From an uncultured Victivallales bacterium (GTDB lineage Bacteria > Verrucomicrobiota > Lentisphaeria > Victivallales > UBA1829): a stretch of DNA of 64,000 nucleotides. The stretch is taken from positions 264 to 64,263 of the forward strand of contig CAKUDG010000005.1 in the NCBI GenBank assembly GCA_934644965.1, read 5' to 3'. Of the stretch, positions 24,801 to 32,336 are shown one piece after another (the stretch's first letter is position 1; each line of letters starts with the position of its first letter). Below the pieces are notes generated by a model that made no database searches, had not been told where the DNA came from, and was given only the letters and a program-made list of their open reading frames with translations. The position numbers and the translations under genes are program-made.

Positions 24801-26908
24801 CGGATTCCGGACCACTCGCTCTGAAAACGCGGCAGGTCCTCGGGCGCAATCCATTCTTCAGGAGGAAGGGGGTGGCCGTCCTTCTCGGGCCAGAACGCCC
24901 CCATGTTCTCGGAAGACATCGTAAACGGGCCGTCCTCCCGGAACGAAAAACAGACAATCTGCGCAAGTTTTTCCATGTTTTTCAGAATGATGCTGTTTTT
25001 CCGCAGCTGATCGCGCTTTTCATATTCCTCTGTCACATCGCGGAACACGAGCACTCCACCAGCGATTCCCCCGTCTGCAGGACGGATCGGAGCGGCGCTC
25101 GCCGCGATATGGCGGTGCGTCCCATCCGCCGAGATCAGGATCAGATGCTCCGCAAGTTCCACGGTTTTCCCGCTGGAAAGGGCTTCCCTCAACGGGGAAT
25201 CCACCTCATTTTCCCGTCTCTCCGCGGCCGGACCGCCGGAAGCGGAATAATGGCGGACCAGATGAAACACATCCTTCAGGATCCGTCCTTCCGCCTTCTC
25301 TCTCGGAATCCCCATGAAACGGCAGGCCACGGGATTGACCAGGGTGATTCTTTCGGAGGCATCCGTGGCGATCACGCCGTCCCCGATGGATTCGAGCGTC
25401 AGGCGGAAACGTTCCGCGATTTCAGCCGCCTCGGCATGCGCCTGGCGCAGTTCCGTCACATCCGTGGAATACCACATTGCGGCATTCGCGCCGAACTGGC
25501 TGCCCGCAGGAAGACGCAGAAATCCCGCATGACGGAAGCGCCCTGAAAACTCATAATCAAGCTCCTGATCCTCCCCTGTGGCAAACACGCGGGAAAGAGC
25601 CTCCGGGAACAGTTTCCGGAGCTCCGGAGGCAGACCGTCAATATGCGAAAGTTTCCGGTAAACCGAGGCCGTATCTTCCTGCGCATGGGAAAAAAGCACC
25701 CGCCCGGAGGAATCCGCCACCCCGATCCCGAGCGGCAGATGCTCGAAGATCAGACGGATCCTCCTTTCGGTCTTTTCCCGGTACAGAAGGGTTCCGATCA
25801 CAAAAAAACAGAAACAGAGCACAAATACCGCCAGATACGTCAGCTCCTCCATATTCCGCGCGATGAAACCGGCGGGCACGCTCCGGAATTTTACAGTCCG
25901 CCCCCGCAGGATCGGGAGCTCCTTCACCCGGGCGGGGGAATACCCGCATTTCCTCAGCGCGGAATAATCGAATTCCGCCAGACTTTCCGCCTTGACCACG
26001 GGAATCTCCCGCGCCTTTTCCCCCTGCAGAATCCGGAGTCCCATTTCCCCGCCAATACGGCCCTGGACTCTGCCGGAAGCCACAATTCCTCCGGTCGCCC
26101 CCAGCGTGTTGTAACAGCGATATTTCCCGAGAATCAGTCCCTGGAAACGTTCCGCAATCCGGGGGAGCACCGTATAGCTGTTTTCCGGGTCTTCCTCGCG
26201 GGAAGAGCTCCAGGAATGATACAGAAGAAATGTGTCTTCTGGGGAAAAACTGTTCAGTCTCTCCAGCATTTCCTGCGTGGTGTATTCCGATCCGCTCAGG
26301 AAAAACAGTTCACGGCCGTGCATGATCCGGGCAAAAATCTCCTGAAGGATGCTTTGTTGTTTCCTTCCGTCGGCGGAGGCGCCCGTAATGAAGACAATCC
26401 GCCTGCCGGAAGGCTGAAGCTCCATGCCGAGCAGAGCGTTTTCCGGTATGTTCAGCGGCGTTTCCACCCCCGTCATATTCAGTTCCGCGGGAATCCTCTC
26501 CCGGAGATTCCCCTGATAGGCAAGTGAAAGAATCGGGGTGCCGGTCCGGGGAACCAGGCGCCCGTTCAGAAACAGATCCGTCGCATCATTGTTGGAGACC
26601 ACTATCAGATCATAAACCTTGGAGGAAAGCTTCGCCTGAAGCCCGATCACATCCGCCTCGTCCGGACGGATCCCCGGCTGATATCTCACCCCCAGCTCAT
26701 AATTCTCGTAATTGAGCGGAAGATGCTGCCTGTTCAGATAATTCTGAAAAGCCCGCTTCAGATTGCCGGACCACAAATCCGATTCCCCGTACGAATCAAT
26801 CATCAGAATCCGTTTGACACGGTGTGCAGGCACGCCCGCTTTCCCTGGAAAAAACGAAAACAGACACAGCAGAATGAAACAAATCTGAAACACCCGAAGT
26901 CTTCTCAT
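21830..26908 (-). CDS. hybrid sensor histidine kinase/response regulator (periplasmic SBP-like domain, TM, PAS/GAF modules, HisKA, HATPase, REC)
   Basis: [18 protein letters not shown] (H-box), [34 protein letters not shown] (G2), [15 protein letters not shown]...[12 protein letters not shown] (REC). N-terminal signal/TM then [22 protein letters not shown]. Start is ATG 26908 ([14 protein letters not shown]). Confidence 0.9.
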   Translation of the reverse strand: [1692 protein letters not shown]

Positions 26909-27210
26909 GGCCTCATCACCCCGAAGGACTCGCCTTCCCTTCCCCTTCTTCTCCCTGTCTTTCTTTTCCCTTCTTCTCCTCATCCTCCGGACAGGAGGAC
27001 AGGATGAGATGGGATCAAAACAAAAAACGGTTTTTCACACATTCCCGCTCTTTTCCCTCACCATTGTTCTGTCAGGATCTGCAGATGAAAAACATCTTTC
27101 CCTTTCAGCTTGCAAGCCCTCTCCGGTCCTCTCCTTTTTTCACGAAGACGGGAAACGGAGCGGGAAGAAAAGAAAGCGGAAAGAGAGAGAGAAACGGGAT
27201 GATGGAAAAA

Positions 27211-27244
27211 GGATCACAGCAGTCACAGGATCACATCAGTCACA
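27211..27244. repeat. 17-nt tandem direct repeat GGATCACA(G/T)CAGTCACA x2
   Basis: Read directly. It gives four TCACA (minus strand TGTGA) pentamers at 8-9 nt spacing. Confidence 0.8.
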
Positions 27245-27394
27245 TCCTCATCCATCACTCAATGAATGACATCCGCTTCCGCTTTTCTCATTGTGGGAAG
27301 TATATCTCTGGAAAAACTTTTTTGCAAGTCCGGCAGAAGAATTCGTTATTTTTTGCATTCCGGGAGGGAATCCCGTCTCTGTTCGCTGAACGCA

Positions 27395-27447
27395 GGCCCT
27401 CTGCTTCTCCAATCTGAAATCCTAAAAGCAGAGGGCCGATTTTTATT
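27395..27447 (+). terminator. strong plus-strand rho-independent terminator with no annotated plus-strand gene
   Basis: GGCCCTCTGCTT (27395-27406) / AAGCAGAGGGCC (27426-27437) form a perfect 12-bp stem with a 19-nt loop, followed by GATTTTTATT. The minus-strand reading lacks a U-tract. Confidence 0.6.
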
Positions 27448-27485
27448 CTGATTCTTCCATCTTCCTCTTCAGTCGGGGGGGGGGA

Positions 27486-28343
27486 TCATAGGGAGAGAAG
27501 TTTCCGGACGCTGTCCCTGGCCAGTGCCTCATCCGGAAGCACAAGATCCGGCAGACGGGAGAAAGGAATCATTTCGACCGTCACGGGTCCCTGATAATCT
27601 ATTTTCCCGAGGGCCTCGAACAGGGCACGGAAATCGACGTTTCCAGAAAGGAGGTCGTCCCCGAATCCGTGCAATCCTCCGCAGCAGTCTGTTTCCGTGA
27701 AATTCTTCAGATGGAGAGCCTTGACTCTTCCGGAAAGGATTTCCACATAATCCTGAGCCCTGCCGATATAGCAGCAGTTTCCCGCATCCAGGTACATGCC
27801 GAGTCTGGGATGATGGAACTGATCGAGATACATTTTCCATTCCATGGGAGAGAGAAGAAAACGGTTCCAGACATTTTCCAGTGCGATGTTCACCTGAAGC
27901 TTTTCCGCAAGCGGGAGCACTTCGCGGAGAGAAAGAACCGAATTCTCCCAGACTTCCCTGTAACTCATCACCGGCCGGGTTTCATCCCATGCGACGCGTG
28001 TCGCCCCGGGGATCACCAGGATTGTCTCCGCCCCGATCCACGAAGCAATGTTCAAATACTCTTTTGTGAACTCAATGGCCTCCGCCCGTTCCTTTCCGCA
28101 CGCGGAAGCAAGCGACGTGGTCCAGTAGAAACCTGTTGCGAGTGTGCGCAGTCCGATCTTTCTGGAATCGGCATATTGTCTGATTTCGCGGCATTTCTTT
28201 TCCGTGATTCCGCGTTTCAGCGCGTCGCCAACGGTCAATTCCACGCCGTCCAGCCCGGTTTCCGCCCCGAAGTCGATCATTTCAAAGGGTGTCCTGACTC
28301 CTTCAAATCCTCCGAACACCCAGTAATTCAAAGCCTTATACAT
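27486..28343 (-). CDS. sugar phosphate isomerase/epimerase (xylose-isomerase-like TIM barrel)
   Basis: Family-typical GLDGVELTV, IALENVW and LDAGN segments. GGAGGTGAAAT precedes the ATG. It overlaps the upstream gene by 8 nt. Confidence 0.85.
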   Translation of the reverse strand: MYKALNYWVFGGFEGVRTPFEMIDFGAETGLDGVELTVGDALKRGITEKKCREIRQYADSRKIGLRTLATGFYWTTSLASACGKERAEAIEFTKEYLNIASWIGAETILVIPGATRVAWDETRPVMSYREVWENSVLSLREVLPLAEKLQVNIALENVWNRFLLSPMEWKMYLDQFHHPRLGMYLDAGNCCYIGRAQDYVEILSGRVKALHLKNFTETDCCGGLHGFGDDLLSGNVDFRALFEALGKIDYQGPVTVEMIPFSRLPDLVLPDEALARDSVRKLLSL

Positions 28344-29388
28344 ATTTCACCTCCACAGTTTTCCCTGTTTTGACCGATTCTTCCTCCGCCAGGACGATGC
28401 AGAAGGAATCCAGAATTTCCTGAAGGTTCTGATAGCGGTCCGGCTGAATGCCGCGTTTCACACATTCGACGAAATACGCCAGTTCGCAATGCCATCCGGT
28501 GGGGAAGGCGGGATCCGCGGGGGAGGAGGATTCCGTTCTGCCGTCGTTCCAGTAGATCTTGAGTCCGCTTCCTTCAAAACAGACGGTCGCCTTCTCAAAA
28601 ATCATCTGGAAACTCATTTCAAAGGGAACCGTCCGGGCCATGCCCCAGTTTCCTTCCGCAGTGATCAGGGAGCCGTCCGGGAAGGAATAGGAAGTCAGGA
28701 TCCGGTCGATTCCGGAGTCGCTGACGAGTCCGCGTGCTCCGAAGCTCGTGACGGCAAGTGGCCTCCCGAAGAAACAGCGGACCGCATCCGTGTCGTGCAT
28801 GTGCATATCCAGAAGCGCCCCGCCGGACATTTCCTCCTTCATGAACCAGTCGTTCCAGGAAGTTCCCGCCACGGACGGAGAAATTCTTCTCAGCCCGGCG
28901 GAAAGCACTTTCCCGAATTCTCCCGAACGGAAACGCTCCAGGGTCCAGCGGTATTCCGGCCAGGCGCGGATGCAAAGCCCGACATTGAAGAAACGTCCGC
29001 TTTTCTTCACGGCATCAGCAATTTCCAGCATTTCGCCCCGGTTCCTGCAGAGCGGTTTTTCCGAAAAGGTGTGCAAACCTGCGGAAAGAGCCGCCAGGAT
29101 GTACGCTTTGTGGAAAGGGGTCGGGACACAGATGTCCACCATGTCGAGTCCGCCCGAACAGATCATTTCCAGAGCGTCTTCGTAGACGCGGATCCCGGAA
29201 AGATCCAGCGGTACGGAATTGTCCCCCGCCCCGATGTTCCCGCTTACCGAGCGGACATCTCCTTTCCGCTTCAGGGGATCCACATCCGCAAGAGCCACCA
29301 CTTCCGCATCCGGAAGATTTTTGTAAATTCTGAAATGCGTCGTTCCCATGAATCCGAGTCCGATCAGTCCGATTCTCACTTTCTGCAT
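28336..29388 (-). CDS. Gfo/Idh/MocA-family oxidoreductase
   Basis: MQKVRIGLIGLGFMGTTHFRIYKNLPDAEVVALADVDP Rossmann N-terminus. ATG 29388 is preceded by AAAGGAG; the ORF extends to 29583 without support. Confidence 0.9.
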   Translation of the reverse strand: MQKVRIGLIGLGFMGTTHFRIYKNLPDAEVVALADVDPLKRKGDVRSVSGNIGAGDNSVPLDLSGIRVYEDALEMICSGGLDMVDICVPTPFHKAYILAALSAGLHTFSEKPLCRNRGEMLEIADAVKKSGRFFNVGLCIRAWPEYRWTLERFRSGEFGKVLSAGLRRISPSVAGTSWNDWFMKEEMSGGALLDMHMHDTDAVRCFFGRPLAVTSFGARGLVSDSGIDRILTSYSFPDGSLITAEGNWGMARTVPFEMSFQMIFEKATVCFEGSGLKIYWNDGRTESSSPADPAFPTGWHCELAYFVECVKRGIQPDRYQNLQEILDSFCIVLAEEESVKTGKTVEVKYV

Positions 29389-29634
29389 CGCCGTCTCTCC
29401 TTTGTTTTGAGCGTCTCCTTGTTTTTCCCTTGTCGTCCGTGTTTCGTCTGCAGGCAGTCTGCGCCCGTTTGCAGGCCCTTCGGCATGGAAGGACCGCCCG
29501 GGCATTCCTGAGCATTCATGATTATACTGAATGGCAACGATTTGTAAATGAACACAATGGCATTCAGGTGGATTTTCCGGCAAATTATGCTATTTTATCT
29601 CAGAACAAAGGCCGAAACAAAGGAGGACGGAAAG

Positions 29635-30468
29635 ATGTCAGAGGCACGGGAAAATCCGGATTTCGAGCTCATTCTGACCAGCGAGGTTAAACAGCTCCTG
29701 ACTCATTTTGCCAATGTCATGAAAATCCAGGCCGTCTTTTTCAGCGCGGACGGGACTCTCCTCGAGCGCGGAAGAAACGACGTCTCCTGCCCCTACTGCC
29801 TCAGCATGCGCAGAGACGTCTTCGGTCCCGACGCCTGCTCCCGGACCGATGCGGAAAAACAGAAACAATCCCGGAACTCCGACTCCCCCCTCTGTTACCG
29901 ATGCCATGCAGGACTCAATGAAATCATCGCCCCGGTCTCCATTGACGGCGCTCTCGCGGGATACATCATGTTCGGACAGTTCCGCACCACGGACATCCCT
30001 CCGGAAAACGTATGGAAGCATCCGGACAGGGAACGGCTCATGCGGGAATTCCTCGCCGTCCCGAAAATCTCCGGAAAGGAACTGGAGGACTTCACGGGAC
30101 TCTTTTCCATGCTGCTGAATTACATCGTCTCCAGGGAACTGGTGCGCCTCCCCGGAGACCGGCGATTCGCCGATATCAGGCGTTACCTCGAAAAACACCT
30201 CAGCTCCCAGCTGACTCTTGCGGAAACGGCCAAACAGGTCGGCATGAGCGTTTCCGGCCTGACTCATTACCTGAGAGGAAAATATCACTGCTCCTTCAAA
30301 GAGCTTCTCATCGAAATGCGTCTGAAAAAAGCAGCGGAAATGCTCAAAAACGAAAAGTCAAGAAAGATTTCAGACATCGCCGCGGCAGTCGGGTACGACG
30401 ATCCCCACTACTTTTCCCGGCTTTTCCGCAAATACCGCGGCATTTCCCCCTCCGCTCTGCGGCAATGA
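29635..30468 (+). CDS. AraC-family regulator with PocR-like sensory domain
   Basis: PocR-like FFSADGTLLERG...CPYC...CYRCHAGLNEIIAPVSIDGALAGYIMFGQFR plus a C-terminal AraC HTH (ISDIAAAVGYDDPHYFSRLFRKYRGISPSALR). ATG 29635 is preceded by AAGGAGG. Confidence 0.85.
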   Translation: MSEARENPDFELILTSEVKQLLTHFANVMKIQAVFFSADGTLLERGRNDVSCPYCLSMRRDVFGPDACSRTDAEKQKQSRNSDSPLCYRCHAGLNEIIAPVSIDGALAGYIMFGQFRTTDIPPENVWKHPDRERLMREFLAVPKISGKELEDFTGLFSMLLNYIVSRELVRLPGDRRFADIRRYLEKHLSSQLTLAETAKQVGMSVSGLTHYLRGKYHCSFKELLIEMRLKKAAEMLKNEKSRKISDIAAAVGYDDPHYFSRLFRKYRGISPSALRQ

Positions 30469-30522
30469 CGCAACAGCGCAAAAGAAAAACAGAAAAGAGG
30501 AATAAACAGGCGCCCAGCTCAG

Positions 30523-30553
30523 ACCGGGAAAATGTCAAACCGGGAAAATGTCA
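30523..30553. repeat. tandem direct repeat ACCGGGAAAATGTCA x2 (16-nt period)
   Basis: Read directly. It lies 55 nt after the AraC/PocR stop, between convergent genes. Confidence 0.8.
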
Positions 30554-30557
30554 CGAC

Positions 30558-30626
30558 GGAAGGGAAAGCGGCGGGGAGGAAAATCAACGAGTCTGACCGC
30601 CTTCTTCTTCCCCCCTTCCTTTTTTT
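30558..30626 (+). terminator. candidate terminator built from a purine tract pairing with a pyrimidine tract
   Basis: GGAAGG...GGGGAGGAA pairs with TTCTTCCCC-CCTTCC (9 bp including one G-U, plus 6 bp) and is followed by T7. Confidence 0.4.
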
Positions 30627-30784
30627 CTTTCTCCTTTCTTTCTCCCATGGCGCCTCCTCTCCTCCCGCGGAAGGAAGGCAGCGGCGGCCGCAGGCGCTCT
30701 CAGCTGCACGACCCCTCCGGTCCACGGAAGGAATCCCGGCTTCCTTTCAGCAGGATCTTCAGAAGATCCACTGAATCCGCAGAA

Positions 30785-32098
30785 TCAGTAGGAAAGGAAA
30801 AGGACATCCTTCGCTTTCAGGGGGAAGGAAAGGATGCCGGAGGAATCGGGGCGGACGACTTGCTTGCACCAGACATCATACAGCCTTTCCGGGAAGCTCC
30901 CTGCAAAGCCGAGTTCCTCCGGAGTGACGCTGCAATGCCTGAGGGAACGGGAATCCTCCCGGTTGAAGATTCCGATCCATCCATGCCGTCCTCCGGATCC
31001 TTTCTTTTCGGCGCGCCGCACATCCAGATGCCGCTGATGGAAAATGCGTTTCCCGACCACTCCGTTCGCATTGCATTCGAGCATGTCCGGATCGGTCACC
31101 CAGGCGATATCCTCCTCCGTGCTCATGGGCAGATCTCCTCCGTAGATCAGCGGGGAAGCCGCCAGAGCCAGCTGGGTCATCATCACCTTCTTCCCGGTTT
31201 CAGACATGTCGGAACGGCGGCGGCAGCCGAGGACCGGCTGATATTCGGGTGCGGTTCCTTCCGGCACATGCGCCTGAATGCCGCCCAGCGGGATCATGTC
31301 CAGATCGAGCCAGCATTCCGGACCGCCGAAGTTCTCGAACAGGGCCCAGCGGTCGAACTTCATATCGTTGTAATGGTCACGGTCCCAGACATCGCCCGTG
31401 ATGCGGAGCATATTTCCGAAGCGGGCGTACAGATCCCAGTTTCCGGGAAAGGCTTCCTGCCCCGGGGAAAGACTCAGGAGAATGGGCCTGTCGACTTTGT
31501 CCAGAGCTTGAGCGAAGGCTTCGATTTCACGCGGGTAATCAACCGCATCATCGAATTTGACGAAATCCAGACAAAGATCTTCAGCAAAATATTCCGCAAC
31601 GCTGTCATAGTATTCCTGCGCCCCGGGCGCATCCATGCGGATTCCTTTCGTATACGCGCACCAGACGCAGGAATTCTCCGGATCGGCAATGTCCCGCGCA
31701 CGCGCCGAAGGATGTCCCTTGACCGGAGGATTCAGTTCCAGCGCACGCGCAGGAAGTCCGCGCATCAGATGAAGACCGAAGCGGACTCCCGCTTCATGAC
31801 AGCGGTCGGAAAGATAGCGCAGGCCCCGGGGAAAAGTCCGGGGAGAGCCGATGAAGCGCCCCCATTCATCGATGTGCATGAAACGTTCCCGGCCCTCTTT
31901 GAGCGCACGGTAATTGTCCATGAAATCGCCGTCGGCATACCAGCAGGCGTCAAGGACAAAATATTCGTAGCCCGCGGGCTGAAGTTTTTCAATGAAAGCT
32001 TCCAGATTCGCCAGAGCCTGTTCCTCGTTGATGTAAACGCCGTATGAATCATAACTGTTCCAGCCGCGCGGCGGAATCGGTGTTTGTGAAATCAGCAT
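30785..32098 (-). CDS. GH27-like alpha-galactosidase / alpha-N-acetylgalactosaminidase family glycoside hydrolase
   Basis: PPRGWNSYDSYGVYINEEQ...GYEYFVLDACWY and DFVKFDDA match the GH27 (melibiase) motifs GWNSW...INE...GY.Y..LDDCW and LKYDNC. GGAGGA lies upstream of the ATG. Confidence 0.8.
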   Translation of the reverse strand: MLISQTPIPPRGWNSYDSYGVYINEEQALANLEAFIEKLQPAGYEYFVLDACWYADGDFMDNYRALKEGRERFMHIDEWGRFIGSPRTFPRGLRYLSDRCHEAGVRFGLHLMRGLPARALELNPPVKGHPSARARDIADPENSCVWCAYTKGIRMDAPGAQEYYDSVAEYFAEDLCLDFVKFDDAVDYPREIEAFAQALDKVDRPILLSLSPGQEAFPGNWDLYARFGNMLRITGDVWDRDHYNDMKFDRWALFENFGGPECWLDLDMIPLGGIQAHVPEGTAPEYQPVLGCRRRSDMSETGKKVMMTQLALAASPLIYGGDLPMSTEEDIAWVTDPDMLECNANGVVGKRIFHQRHLDVRRAEKKGSGGRHGWIGIFNREDSRSLRHCSVTPEELGFAGSFPERLYDVWCKQVVRPDSSGILSFPLKAKDVLFLSY

Positions 32099-32336
32099 AA
32101 AATCAATTCCTCCCCGTTTGGAGTCTTTGTTGTTGATCCTGCCTTGAATTGCTGAATGGAAAAGAAGGAATGCAGAAAGTTCTGCAAGGGAATTTTCCCG
32201 CAGAAAAGTGAGCAGCAGGAATGCGCTTTGTTTTTTTTATTCTCCCGCCCGCTCTTTCCTTCTTTCTCCAGTCGGGATTTCAGGGATCCGACGAAAGGAG
32301 GGAAATAGAGGAAAGAGGGGAGCGGGTATGGAAACG

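Noticed and set aside
26909-27010. An N-terminal extension of the sensor kinase (ATG 26983) and the 30-nt imperfect palindrome CTCATCCTCCGGACAGGAGGACAGGATGAG.
   Set aside because: The extension encodes only RRREKKDREKKGKGRR from a homopurine tract. ATG 26908 begins a proper signal/TM segment. The palindrome lacks a U-tract and I could not assign it a role.
27211-30553. CRISPR-like arrays, considered because of the short direct repeats at 27211-27244, 30523-30553, 43575-43620 and 15788-15815.
   Set aside because: Each has only two adjacent copies with 0-3-nt spacers. There are no unique spacers and no cas genes. These are simple tandem duplications.
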